Shown one piece after another: positions 49,012-58,561 of a stretch of DNA of 64,000 nucleotides (positions within the stretch are counted from its first letter, which is position 1; every line of letters begins with the position of its first letter). The notes beneath the pieces were generated by a model. The model was not told the DNA's origin, made no database searches, and saw only the letters and a list, made by a program, of their open reading frames with translations. This DNA is from a virus, in IMG/VR virus record IMGVR_UViG_3300036806_000149, positions 20,778 through 84,777 of that record; one strand, 5' to 3'. The position numbers were made by a program, and so were the translations under genes.

Positions 49012-49589
49012 TCGTCAAGCGCGTCGTAGTTCTGATCGATGAAGATCTCGACGATCTCGATCCCGTCCCGGTCAGAGAGCCCACCGTCCTCTTCGGGCAG
49101 CGACAGGATCTGCTTGGCCAGCGGGCGCTCGTGATCGGGCACGGTCAACCAGATCACGTAGGAGTCCAGCAGGAAGTCCGGGGCGAAGGAGAGCAGCTTG
49201 CCCAGCGCCTGGATGAAGGTGTCGGCGTCGCGGAAGTCAGACAGCGTGAGCTGCCCGGCCCGGCCGCCACCGGGGGCCATGAACAGGCTGTTCATGCTCA
49301 TCGCGCTCGGCCCCGACAGCGCCTTGTCGAGCACGTCGCCCACCAGTGAGAACCACTGCATCTTGGCGATGAAGCTCAGCGGACGCTGGACATAGGTCCG
49401 CTGGAAATCGCCCTCGCCGATCGTCCACGTCTTGGGATCGGTCTTGGGCTTGAGCGTGTCGAGGATCTCCTGCGCTTCCTCGCGCTTGTCCTCGGTGGTG
49501 GGAGCCTTCTCGGGGGCGACGACTTCGGGCTCCTCTTCGGCCACGGCCTGGTCGAATGCGATCTCCTGCTCTTGAATCTCTGTAGTCAC
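48918..49589 (-). CDS. Tail assembly chaperone (G)
   Basis: Between the major tail and tape measure genes; slippery GAT TTT TTT site. Confidence 0.75.
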   Translation of the reverse strand: MTTEIQEQEIAFDQAVAEEEPEVVAPEKAPTTEDKREEAQEILDTLKPKTDPKTWTIGEGDFQRTYVQRPLSFIAKMQWFSLVGDVLDKALSGPSAMSMNSLFMAPGGGRAGQLTLSDFRDADTFIQALGKLLSFAPDFLLDSYVIWLTVPDHERPLAKQILSLPEEDGGLSDRDGIEIVEIFIDQNYDALDDFFRVRLVELRRRVEARQKTAKEAASHRSKR

Positions 49590-49613
49590 TGGTGGCTCCT
49601 TCGTGTCGTGCGG

Positions 49614-50156
49614 TTAGAGGTAACGCTTGTGACCGATCTCGGCCGCTTTGGCTTCGACGATGGCCTGCGCCGCCGCCTGAGCCCCTACGATCCAGAAGGT
49701 CTGAGCTTGCTGGCCGGCCACCGACTTCTTGCGGATCAGATGCCCCATTCCCTTGGGACGGAAGATCATGTACTTGTCCCCTGTGGTGACCCGCCATTCG
49801 GGCCGGATCTTGAACCGGATGTTTCCGTTCGACGCGGTGATGGGATGGCCATGAGAGCCCCAGATGCCCGAGCCCTCCAGCACCACGTTGACGTAGGGCA
49901 CGCCCTCGCCGGCGGTGATATCGGCCTCATAGAAACCCCCGCCTCCCGGACCGCCGGGGGAATAGCGGACCGGACCCTGGCGGATCGAGCCGGCCAGCCG
50001 CCCCCTGTCGCGGGGCACCCAGGTGACCATGTGCCGATGCGCGGCTTCGGAGCCCTGGGCGACGGCATCCTTGATGTCCTCGCGCATGGACTCCTGAATC
50101 GCGCGCATGCGAATCAGCATCAAATCGAGCCCTCGGACGTCGGTCTCGATCTCCAT
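49614..50156 (-). CDS. Neck/tail completion protein (HK97 gp10-like)
   Basis: VPRDRGRLAGSI...YVNVVLEGSG motif. Confidence 0.65.
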   Translation of the reverse strand: MEIETDVRGLDLMLIRMRAIQESMREDIKDAVAQGSEAAHRHMVTWVPRDRGRLAGSIRQGPVRYSPGGPGGGGFYEADITAGEGVPYVNVVLEGSGIWGSHGHPITASNGNIRFKIRPEWRVTTGDKYMIFRPKGMGHLIRKKSVAGQQAQTFWIVGAQAAAQAIVEAKAAEIGHKRYL

Positions 50157-50303
50157 CACACGGTCCTCGAACACCAAGAAGCCCACCGAGGTAGACGGCG
50201 GGCTTCCTGGAATCTTTCTGACGGCGGCACGGCTCCTTGATCTCCCTTGGTAGACCGGTAGCCCGAGACCGCCTTACGTATCCCGGCGAGGTGTAGCCAG
50301 AGT

Positions 50304-50945
50304 TTACGGGCCAGCCACCGCCTGGTCACGGATGATGAAAAACCTCTTGCGCACGTCGGCGATCGACGTATCCGGCAGCGCCCGGAAGCGCACCGGGATC
50401 GAGATCTGCTCGCCGGTCTTGGCGTGCGTGACGCTCGACTCCTGGGGCTGGCGCTGAGTGACGTGGAACAGGTAGGCCCGGATCAGTCCGGTGGGCCGCT
50501 GGAACAGCACGGCCAGCCGGCGCTGCGTGTAGAACGAGGGCTCGCCCACGCCGAACTCTTCCTCGGCGTCTGCACCCGTACCGTCCGTGGTGACTTCCGA
50601 GCCCTCCCAAGCGATCTGCATCCGCTCCGGAGTCATCTCCGCGAGCTGCGTGCCCACCGAGCACTCCCAGCTCGTCGGGGCCGACGAGATGTCGCCGAGC
50701 ACCTGGTCGATGTCGAACGCTTCCTCGGCGTTGTTGATCGTGATCTGGCAGCCGGTCTTGGTCGCGCCGAGATCAATCCAGGGGTCTACGGCGTCGTATT
50801 GCTGGCCGGTGGTCGGGGCGTCGTCGGTCACGATTACGTCGGCGATCGCGGCAGGCCGGGGAGTTTCGATCGGCGCGATCAAGAGGCGAGCAGCGCCCCT
50901 GATGAAGCTCCGGTCATTGACGAATGTCCTGTGAAAATCAGGCAT
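50304..50945 (-). CDS. Major tail protein
   Basis: WIDLGATKTG...IDQ...QLAEMTPE...IPVRFRAL; position in the tail module. Confidence 0.8.
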   Translation of the reverse strand: MPDFHRTFVNDRSFIRGAARLLIAPIETPRPAAIADVIVTDDAPTTGQQYDAVDPWIDLGATKTGCQITINNAEEAFDIDQVLGDISSAPTSWECSVGTQLAEMTPERMQIAWEGSEVTTDGTGADAEEEFGVGEPSFYTQRRLAVLFQRPTGLIRAYLFHVTQRQPQESSVTHAKTGEQISIPVRFRALPDTSIADVRKRFFIIRDQAVAGP

Positions 50946-51025
50946 TCTCTTAGCTCACCTCCTTCTTTCGGGTCGGGTTTGCCTGAATAGGGGGATTCAG
51001 GTCCATGGTTATCTCCGGTTCCTCC

Positions 51026-51661
51026 TCATGTTTGATCGATCTCGAAGGCCGGAAGAGTTGCTTCAGTTGCTGACGGACGCGATGCCTCCTTGCGGATTGC
51101 GTACTCCAGTCGCGCACCCTGCCAGTACCACTCCGGCCCATAGGAAGTCCTCTCCTTGCGCACAAAGAGATCGCCGATCACCACTACTGGCGGGGCGTCG
51201 AACGAAGCAACTGCGCCGCCTAGCGTCTGATCCTTCATCAGCGCGACATTCACCGCTTCGGCCGTGCGTTGTACGCGGCGATTCGTTGTTCCTTCGTTCT
51301 CGTACGACTTGACCATGATTTCGACGGCTAGCACGCAGCGGTACGCATCTGCTTGATCGATGAGATCTGGGACACCGGGCGTGGCTTGGTTAGCCATCAC
51401 TGCGCAGTTGGGATATTTCTCGATCGGCGCGTTGATCAGCGAAGGCCGATGGCCCTCGTAGAAGTTCTCCACCACGATGGGCTCGACCGATGTGGGCTCG
51501 TAGGGGATGCCGGTGAGCGCCGCGATCTGCTCGTCGCTGCTGGTCATGTAAAGCGACATCTGCGCGAGCGCCGGGTTGAGATCGGCGAAGAGCTGCACGA
51601 ATGCCGCACGCTGAATGGCTTCGATGCCGATGGTCGGAAGATTGAGAACCGTGGTGGTCAT
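51026..51661 (-). CDS. Tail terminator/completion protein
   Basis: Position upstream of the major tail gene; D.TLGG motif. Confidence 0.6.
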   Translation of the reverse strand: MTTTVLNLPTIGIEAIQRAAFVQLFADLNPALAQMSLYMTSSDEQIAALTGIPYEPTSVEPIVVENFYEGHRPSLINAPIEKYPNCAVMANQATPGVPDLIDQADAYRCVLAVEIMVKSYENEGTTNRRVQRTAEAVNVALMKDQTLGGAVASFDAPPVVVIGDLFVRKERTSYGPEWYWQGARLEYAIRKEASRPSATEATLPAFEIDQT

Positions 51662-52155
51662 GACAGCGGTGTCTGGGTGTAAGGCCGGGGGAACTCCTGC
51701 GGCGACGGCGTCAGCAGTACGTCGTTGATCGTGTTCAGACGCGGCCGAGCGGCCACCGGCTTGTGGTAGCCGACGAGCGCCGCGATGTCGTCGGCGTTAG
51801 CGCGCGTCTCGGCAAGAAGATCCTGGAGGAGTGATCGCAGCATGGCCGCGCGATCGGTGTAGGTCTCGGTCTCGTTGGTCCCACTGGTGGCGACCGCGAT
51901 GGTCTGCGACATCCAGTAGTCGATGCCGGCCGGAATGATTTCGATCACCGCGATCTTGGCCACGTAATCGACGACCAACAGCGGCAGTGCGTCCTCTTCT
52001 ACGTCGGTGGGCTGCTCGCCCAGCACCGCTTCCCGAGCGATGGCCAGAGCCATTGCCAGGAGCCCTTCGCCGTAGCGATCGTCGGTCGCGAGCGCGTCCC
52101 ACGTGAGTGGGAGCACCCCCCGCGTACGGTCGGCGATGGGTCCTGGCAATGGCAT
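51658..52155 (-). CDS. Head-tail adaptor
   Basis: Position after the capsid genes; helical, about 165 aa. Confidence 0.55.
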   Translation of the reverse strand: MPLPGPIADRTRGVLPLTWDALATDDRYGEGLLAMALAIAREAVLGEQPTDVEEDALPLLVVDYVAKIAVIEIIPAGIDYWMSQTIAVATSGTNETETYTDRAAMLRSLLQDLLAETRANADDIAALVGYHKPVAARPRLNTINDVLLTPSPQEFPRPYTQTPLS

Positions 52156-52170
52156 GGCCGCTGGCTGGTC

Positions 52171-52827
52171 CTACTTCTCGGGCGTCTCGGAGCGCTCGGA
52201 ACGTTGCCGCGCCCGAGACGGCTGGTGAGCACTGGTGGGATCGGTTCCCGGTTGCTGCGCCCCGACTGGGGTCTTGGCGGAGGACTGAGGGCGAGCCCGC
52301 TTGCCGCTGCGCTTGCTGCCACCTTGGGCCTCGGCCTTAGCCGGCCCTACCAGAACTCCCGGAGGCATCTCGGCCGGCACCTGTTCCTCGTCTACTTCCT
52401 CCTCGGGCAGACCGGGGAGATTGCGCTTGTCGGCGTCGTCCTCCTTGGCCTCCTCGATGCGCTGTGAGACCTCTTCAGCGCCGGCCGAGGCCAGCTCGAC
52501 GACCTGCTCGCGCGGGACTACCGTGTGGCCGTACTGATCGAGAACGAATGCCTCGGCCGAGTGCTGGGCGATGAACGTCCCGTAGCCCACACCCTTGGCT
52601 GCTTCCTCGGCCTCCTCGCGGCTGACCGACTCCAGGAAGTCGTCCAGCTCCCCGTTGTCGAGCCGGTTCTTGACCGCCGAGGAGATGTCCTCTTCGAGCA
52701 CGTAATCGCCGACACCATAGGTGCGGCCCTCGGTCTCTTCGACCTTGGTGCCGTCTGGCAGCTCTGACTCGCGCACGGGGCGAGGAATGGAGATGTCCTG
52801 CTTGACCTTGTATGCACCTTCTGCCAT
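52171..52827 (-). CDS. Acidic hypothetical protein in the head module
   Basis: GGAGG RBS; directly after the major capsid gene. Confidence 0.65.
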   Translation of the reverse strand: MAEGAYKVKQDISIPRPVRESELPDGTKVEETEGRTYGVGDYVLEEDISSAVKNRLDNGELDDFLESVSREEAEEAAKGVGYGTFIAQHSAEAFVLDQYGHTVVPREQVVELASAGAEEVSQRIEEAKEDDADKRNLPGLPEEEVDEEQVPAEMPPGVLVGPAKAEAQGGSKRSGKRARPQSSAKTPVGAQQPGTDPTSAHQPSRARQRSERSETPEK

Positions 52828-52843
52828 GTCGTTCACCTCCCTC

Positions 52844-53899
52844 CTATGCCACCGTGGCCGACAGGAAGCACTCCGGATGGATGATCCGGGGGATGCGTGC
52901 TGACGCCTCGCGGAGATAGCGGTTCTTGGTCATGTGATCGAGGATTACCTCGCTCGATGGCCCCTGCTGGATGTTGGTGTCGTTGAACGCGGCGGAGATC
53001 TCGACCTGTCCGTTGAGCAGGTCGGCGATCTGGTCACCCTCGATCGAGTACTCGGTGGTCATGAGTACCTTGTTGTTGGGCAGGTAGCGGGTGTGCGCCG
53101 CATCCGTCCGCGACGCGCCCGAGGCCATCGGCCTGAAGCCGGCGTCGTGGATCACGAACTGGGTGCCGTCCGCCAGCAAGCTCGCAACCTGCTCCAGCGT
53201 GGCCCGGAACGGCTGCCCGACCGGGACGTTGAAGTACTGCTTGAGCTTGACGTTGTTGATGATGTTCTTGGCGCACTGGGACGTGAGGTGAATCCGCAGA
53301 CCCAGATGACCGGAGTCATCGGAGAGGAGCTGCTGCCAGCCCTCGATGTCGCCCACCGGATCTGAGGTGGCCGTGTCTGACCACATCACGCCCGCCGTGG
53401 GCTTGTGCCCCGCCAGCCACCCGTAGTCGATGAGAAGCTGGGAGTTGGTACGCGGGTAGGTGATCGTCAGTGTTCCGTTGATGAACACCTGCCAGCGTGA
53501 CCACTCGGTCAGCCGCTCCATGCGCCGCCGGAGGATCTGGCCTCGTTCCACGACGTCGAGACCCTCAGTGGCCCGGATCAGCTCGTCTGAGCTGTTGAGC
53601 CTGATCCACTGCTCGGAGTTGATGCGGTGCATCTCTTCGAGCTGGACCATCTCGATCAGCGCTTCCTTGCGCTCCACGGTCGGCATCTCAGTCAGCGCCG
53701 GCATCGCGTTCGGGGCCTTGAACTGCCCGATCCCGAACGAGTATGTCCGACCCACGTCCATGCGGGCCATGCGCGAGTTGATGCTGTTGGTGGGGGCGAT
53801 CGACTCGCCCAGGTAGGGAGCGGACTCCAGGGCGGTGTCCACCGGCTCGTTCACCAGCTCGGTGAGAACGGCCTGGTCGTAGATGTCAAACGTCGGCAT
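52844..53899 (-). CDS. Major capsid protein (lambda gpE-like family)
   Basis: ERLTEWSRWQVFING.L...IDYG...WSD...SDPVGDI motifs; 351 aa; follows the decoration gene. Confidence 0.88.
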   Translation of the reverse strand: MPTFDIYDQAVLTELVNEPVDTALESAPYLGESIAPTNSINSRMARMDVGRTYSFGIGQFKAPNAMPALTEMPTVERKEALIEMVQLEEMHRINSEQWIRLNSSDELIRATEGLDVVERGQILRRRMERLTEWSRWQVFINGTLTITYPRTNSQLLIDYGWLAGHKPTAGVMWSDTATSDPVGDIEGWQQLLSDDSGHLGLRIHLTSQCAKNIINNVKLKQYFNVPVGQPFRATLEQVASLLADGTQFVIHDAGFRPMASGASRTDAAHTRYLPNNKVLMTTEYSIEGDQIADLLNGQVEISAAFNDTNIQQGPSSEVILDHMTKNRYLREASARIPRIIHPECFLSATVA

Positions 53900-53913
53900 T
53901 TGCTCTCACCTCC

Positions 53914-54315
53914 TTAGACGAACTCGCAGGTTGGTAGTCCCGTAGCCAGATCCGCTGTGTAGGTCGCGAAGTCCACGATCTTCAACTTGTCGAAGCTGAC
54001 ATTGCGCCGGAGGATGGCCACTGGTTCGTCACTGGCGTCAGTGCCGTCAGCGAACTCCACGGTGTCGAACAGGATCGCCGCAGCCGTCTGGCCAGCCGTC
54101 TTGGTGAAACGCTCGTACTGGGAGTCGCCCCGCTTGGAGAGGATCGTCCCTGAGAGCAGGTACCGGCGTCCGATGTACGGACCGCTCGCGTCCGCCACAA
54201 CCCCGGTCGCGTTGATCACGGCCGAGTCGATGACGGTGGTTTCGAGCGGGTACTGGAGAATCTCCGGCTTCGGGAGCGCCAGACGCTGGAATTGCTTCTG
54301 TACGCCGAAGGGCAT
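53914..54315 (-). CDS. Head decoration protein
   Basis: LLSGTIL...AAILF motif; immediately upstream of the major capsid gene. Confidence 0.7.
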   Translation of the reverse strand: MPFGVQKQFQRLALPKPEILQYPLETTVIDSAVINATGVVADASGPYIGRRYLLSGTILSKRGDSQYERFTKTAGQTAAAILFDTVEFADGTDASDEPVAILRRNVSFDKLKIVDFATYTADLATGLPTCEFV

Positions 54316-54333
54316 TTAGGTCGCGCCTCCTTT

Positions 54334-56103
54334 CTACTTCTTGAGCCCGAGCGCCAGCTTGGCGTCGGCCACTCGATTTTCGAGCGGCTTCTCGTCCTCA
54401 CCCTCGGCGTTGTTGGGCGGCTTGATGTCGTTACCCGAGACGAGGGCCTGGTCTGAGAGGACCACCTTCCCGTCCGAGCCCTTCACGGCCTCGATGAACC
54501 GATCGAGGATGTCGAGCGCGGTGAGGCGCTCCTTCTCCCGGCCATCGTCGGCGAGCAGCACGATGGCCGCGCCGCCGTCGTCAGACAGGAAGACCTGGCG
54601 GTAGAGCTTGAGTGCCCCAGGACGCTCATTGAGGCCCAACTCGCTCAACTCGGTGACGCGCTGGTCAGCCTTGGTGACGCGATTGTCCTTCTTGAGCGTG
54701 GCGTTCTCGTCGAGCACGGATTGAATGGCAGCGCGCTGCTCGTCTGACAGCTCGACGCCATCCAGCGAGAGCTGGGTCATTGGTGAACCTCCCTCGTTCG
54801 GTTGGAATGGCTGCTGCGAGAGACGAAGCTCGCGCAGTTGCTGGACACGTTGCAGCTCGGAGAGCTGCGCAGGGGCTGGTCCAGCCTCGATTTGCCCCTC
54901 TTGCACCACCCAGTCAGTGACCTGGGCAATCGAAAGATTCTGGCCGTCCACCGTGAAGGGAACCAGCCAATGCACGTCGGCCGCTCGGTTGTGGATCAGA
55001 ACCGAGGTGCCCTGGATATCGACGATCTCATAGTCGCGGCCGAGGCCCTGGGCTACCAGCGCGCGCTGAATGAGATCGCGTTGCTGGTTGTGGCTCAGCG
55101 GCTCTTCGGTCGCTTCGGCTTCGGGCGGCTCCTCGGTCTCTTCGGTCTCGGTCTCTTCGGCCGGCGGCGTCTGTTCCTCTTCGACCTCGGTCTCGGTGTC
55201 CGAAGGTGCCTCGGCGATGGCTCCGAAGTGCGCGATCTGAACCTCGACGTGCTCGTTGCCATCAGACAACGCCAGGAACGGTCCCAAGCCATCGATGAAC
55301 GGCTTGTTGGTGATGCAGACGTGCTCCAGACAGGCCCCGGACTCGCGCCCTCGGACCTTGAGGTTCCACGGGATGCCGCACGAGACGTCGTCGTAGGTGC
55401 CTCGGAGAGCCTTGTCCTTGATCTCGGGCTCGGTGAACTCGATCTTGGCCACGAGCTTGCTCTGCTCGCCCTCGTCGGCGATCCACAGATCGCGGACGAA
55501 GCCGGTGTTGAGCCGCGTGGTGTTCTTGTGGTCGTTGCTGCTCTCATCGGAGAGCGGGACCTGGACCCGGTGCGGAATGCCAGCCCGGAAGTTGGTCACC
55601 AGCTCGCTCAGCGCGATGACCCCGTCGTTCTTGGAGGACATCCCGTCACGAATGATTCGAAGCGGCTTCTTCATGAGGCCGGCCCCCGTGGGGATCACCG
55701 GCCACTCACCGGTGCGCAGAACCTCCTTGACCACGAACCCGTCCTTCTCCTCGACCGCGCCGGTGGCGAAGTGGATCTCAGACATCATCGGCTCGTCTGG
55801 ACCCATGCCCATGTCCCACACCTCGCGCCCGTGGTGATCGAACGTCGGCACGTCGGACGCGAAGCGATCGCAGATCATCCAGCCGTTGACGTTGGCCTCC
55901 CACTGGTGGCAATAACCCACGGGGAGGCCGGCTTCGTTCTCGGGGTCGGGCTTGAGCCCTTCGAGCGTGAACTTGGAGCAGAACGCGCACGCGATGCCGG
56001 CGACGTCAGCCTCGCGGTAGTTGGCGATGTCGGGCGGCGAGTCAAACGGCGCGGCCTGGGGGTTGACGTCGCGCAAGATCTCCATTGGATCGACAGCCAT
56101 CAC
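54334..56103 (-). CDS. Prohead protease/scaffold protein
   Basis: VLRTGEW...DH...GFV...YDDVS...LEHVCITNKPFIDGL (Mu I-like protease) plus acidic coiled-coil C-terminus. Confidence 0.78.
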   Translation of the reverse strand: MMAVDPMEILRDVNPQAAPFDSPPDIANYREADVAGIACAFCSKFTLEGLKPDPENEAGLPVGYCHQWEANVNGWMICDRFASDVPTFDHHGREVWDMGMGPDEPMMSEIHFATGAVEEKDGFVVKEVLRTGEWPVIPTGAGLMKKPLRIIRDGMSSKNDGVIALSELVTNFRAGIPHRVQVPLSDESSNDHKNTTRLNTGFVRDLWIADEGEQSKLVAKIEFTEPEIKDKALRGTYDDVSCGIPWNLKVRGRESGACLEHVCITNKPFIDGLGPFLALSDGNEHVEVQIAHFGAIAEAPSDTETEVEEEQTPPAEETETEETEEPPEAEATEEPLSHNQQRDLIQRALVAQGLGRDYEIVDIQGTSVLIHNRAADVHWLVPFTVDGQNLSIAQVTDWVVQEGQIEAGPAPAQLSELQRVQQLRELRLSQQPFQPNEGGSPMTQLSLDGVELSDEQRAAIQSVLDENATLKKDNRVTKADQRVTELSELGLNERPGALKLYRQVFLSDDGGAAIVLLADDGREKERLTALDILDRFIEAVKGSDGKVVLSDQALVSGNDIKPPNNAEGEDEKPLENRVADAKLALGLKK

Positions 56104-56558
56104 GCCACCTCTCGCTGTTGGGCCGCCAGGCAGAAAGATTCGAGGCGCTCGGAGGGGATCGAGAGGAGCAGCATCTCGGTTTCCTCGTCGATCGGCGGAG
56201 CGTCAGAAGCGGCGATCGCTCCGGGAGCGCCATGGTCCAGCTCGGGATGACCGCGCCACTTGGTCGTGCCCCTGATGATGTCCTTGACCACGGCGCAGAC
56301 CCGCTCGGTTCTGCCCGGTCCGAACCGCTTCATGTTGTCGTGCATGCACGCGGTGAACGGGTGGGGGTCCTTGGCGTAGTGCCGAAGAATCCCCCGCAGC
56401 TTGTGGCGCGCGTCGGGGCCGACCGTGGACGCCTCGGAGACGCCTGGCGCAGCACCTAGATGCGACTGGAGGAGAACGTCTATCTGTTCGTCCAGCCAGT
56501 CGTCCAGAAGAAGATCCTCGCGGGCTCGCTGCGCCGCGAGTAGCTGAGAGTCAGTCAC
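56100..56558 (-). CDS. Hypothetical head-module protein
   Basis: HPFTACM...ERVCA...GTTKWRG; ATGA coupling. Confidence 0.6.
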   Translation of the reverse strand: MTDSQLLAAQRAREDLLLDDWLDEQIDVLLQSHLGAAPGVSEASTVGPDARHKLRGILRHYAKDPHPFTACMHDNMKRFGPGRTERVCAVVKDIIRGTTKWRGHPELDHGAPGAIAASDAPPIDEETEMLLLSIPSERLESFCLAAQQREVA

Positions 56559-56790
56559 CAGTCAGTCCCTCATCAAAGATGGGCTGGATGTCATCGAAGA
56601 CGACCGGTGAGAAGATCCAACGACAGGAGGGGCATTTGTAGATGGGGTTTGTCTCTTCGACGAACTCCTCTACCTGCCCCATGGGTACATACCGTAGTAT
56701 GTCTTGTAGCTCTTTACATCGTGGACACCTCATACAGCGTCCTTCGATGAGAGTTTGTCGCTGTCGCTTTGCGTCCGCGATGAGAGTCAT
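56551..56790 (-). CDS. Zn-ribbon protein
   Basis: CPRC...CPSC. Confidence 0.6.
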   Translation of the reverse strand: MTLIADAKRQRQTLIEGRCMRCPRCKELQDILRYVPMGQVEEFVEETNPIYKCPSCRWIFSPVVFDDIQPIFDEGLTGD

Positions 56791-56910
56791 TAGATCGCGG
56801 CCTTTTGTATCAACGTATGAATGGTCTATGGAAGGGGTATAAGTACATACTTGACAGAAGATCGGCTTTTCTCCACACTGCGGGAGCTAAGATCACAGGA
56901 GCCAAAGCCG

Positions 56911-57180
56911 ATGCCTGCACGTGTTTTCAAGGACAGCTCGCCCTTTGAAGGCCAGCTCAATGTCGTCGCCACGCTCGCCGGCGACGTCATTCAGGCATCG
57001 ATCAGCGAGCTGCGTCAGCGCGACAAGCTGACGATCGCGCTCCGTTCTGCGCTCCGAATGGGCGTTTCGATCGATGAGCTGTCGGACTCCAGCGGCCTCA
57101 CGGTGGCCGAAATCCGCCGCCGGATTGCCTCCGAGCTGATGATCGAAGACGACACCGACGAGCTAGCCGGGATTCGATAA
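56911..57180 (+). CDS. Small HTH protein
   Basis: ALRMGVSIDELSDSSGLTVAEIRRRI; AGGAG RBS; TAAGAT box upstream. Confidence 0.7.
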   Translation: MPARVFKDSSPFEGQLNVVATLAGDVIQASISELRQRDKLTIALRSALRMGVSIDELSDSSGLTVAEIRRRIASELMIEDDTDELAGIR

Positions 57181-57364
57181 GATCTCGTCAACGATCCGCT
57201 CCTCCATAGGGGCGGATCGCTCGTTTAGACCCGCCGCGCGCCCCGAAAGGAGGACTCCGCCTGGCCAACACCAGCGTGGCCTGAAAGAAGAGGCGAAGTC
57301 ACGTAGCCGTAGACGCTTTCAAGCCCGCCTGCTGGACAAGGACATCACAACGCAAGGAGTCGAG

Positions 57365-57985
57365 TTGAAGAAGTTGATCCTTGCGGCGGGCTTGGTGCTC
57401 GCCGCTTTGACGTTCCCGACCGGTGCCTTGGCGGATTCCCCGATCTGCCACAACGGAGTCCTCTCCGACGACGCCGGGCAAGGCTGTACAAACGATGCCG
57501 CCTACGGCGGCGCTCCCGCCTCATCAGCAACATCAGGATGGAGCGACGGGGCGATCTGCCATGACGGCAGCCTGTCCGACGACGCCGGGCAGAATTGCGC
57601 GGACGGCCTGTACGAGAAGGTGTATGGATCATCTGGGTCCGGGTCTTCGTCCTCGGGCAGTGGAATCTGCCATGACGGCATCCTGTCTGATGACGTTGGT
57701 CAGGGCTGCGCGGACAGTCCATCCTCGTCATCGAGTTCATCGACCGTGAGCAGCGCCCCAGCGGTCTCATCCAGTAGCAGCTACTCCGATATACCAGGCG
57801 TGCCGAGTTCGTTCGCGGCGTGCGTGGCTGAACGCGAGTCCTCCAATGGTGCCGGCTCAAGCAACATCTACGGCATCATCGCCGACCCGCGTGGCAATGG
57901 CAGCCTCGCCGAGCAGAAGCAGGCGTTCAGCGAGCTGTATGCGGCCAGCGGTACCCAGCCCTGGGCTCCGTACGACGGCTGCTGA
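57365..57985 (+). CDS. Secreted Rpf/transglycosylase-like protein with three Cys-bracketed repeats
   Basis: Signal peptide; CVAERES...EQ..AF..LY...GTQPW..C resembles a compact Rpf domain; AAGGAG RBS. Confidence 0.7.
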   Translation: MKKLILAAGLVLAALTFPTGALADSPICHNGVLSDDAGQGCTNDAAYGGAPASSATSGWSDGAICHDGSLSDDAGQNCADGLYEKVYGSSGSGSSSSGSGICHDGILSDDVGQGCADSPSSSSSSSTVSSAPAVSSSSSYSDIPGVPSSFAACVAERESSNGAGSSNIYGIIADPRGNGSLAEQKQAFSELYAASGTQPWAPYDGC

Positions 57986-57989
57986 GTAA

Positions 57990-58520
57990 GTGACAGCACT
58001 AGTGGTGGCGGCGACTCTGTTCGCCGCCACGGCTACCCACCACGTACCGGCGGACTGTCAGAAGACGTTCACGGCACCGATGATCACGCGCGCAGTCGAT
58101 GCGGCGTACAGCGGCACCGGCGACGTCTCGCGGGCCGACCGGCATCACCTGCGCCACTACATCCACTGCGCTCGGCGGCACGTCAGCCGGGCGAAGATGC
58201 GCCACTACCTGCACAAAGCGTGGGTGGCGTGGAAGGAGCGACGCAATCCGCCGATGTCCAGCGCGATCGCGTCCTGGTACGACACCGAGGGCGTCGGGGC
58301 TTGCGGATACGGGACCGTGCAGACCGGCTACCGGTTCGCGAGTCTGATCTTGCCTTGCGGCGCGACGGCTCGCTTCTGTCACGGAGCCGTCTGCATCGTC
58401 GGCGAGATGGCCGACCACGGCCCGTACGTCGCCGGCAGGACGTTCGACTTCAACGTCAACATGAAGAACGCGCTCGGCTGCGGCGGAGTCTGCTCAATCA
58501 CGTGGAGGCGTCTGAGCTAA
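57990..58520 (+). CDS. Secreted RlpA-like (DPBB) lytic transglycosylase
   Basis: ASWY...ACG...ASLILPCG...DHGPYVAGRTFD. Confidence 0.78.
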   Translation: MTALVVAATLFAATATHHVPADCQKTFTAPMITRAVDAAYSGTGDVSRADRHHLRHYIHCARRHVSRAKMRHYLHKAWVAWKERRNPPMSSAIASWYDTEGVGACGYGTVQTGYRFASLILPCGATARFCHGAVCIVGEMADHGPYVAGRTFDFNVNMKNALGCGGVCSITWRRLS

Positions 58521-58525
58521 ACGAG

Positions 58526-58561
58526 GTGTCCCCGGCCTCAAGTTGCTGGGACCGGGGACAC
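58526..58561. terminator. Hairpin between convergent genes, likely a bidirectional terminator
   Basis: GTGTCCCCGG / CCGGGGACAC. Confidence 0.6.

Noticed and set aside
57184-57364. c-di-AMP (ydaO) riboswitch upstream of the Rpf-like gene
   Set aside because: The hallmark GGGGAACC, GGGUGAAUC and CAGCUAACC segments are absent; kept only as an unclassified leader.
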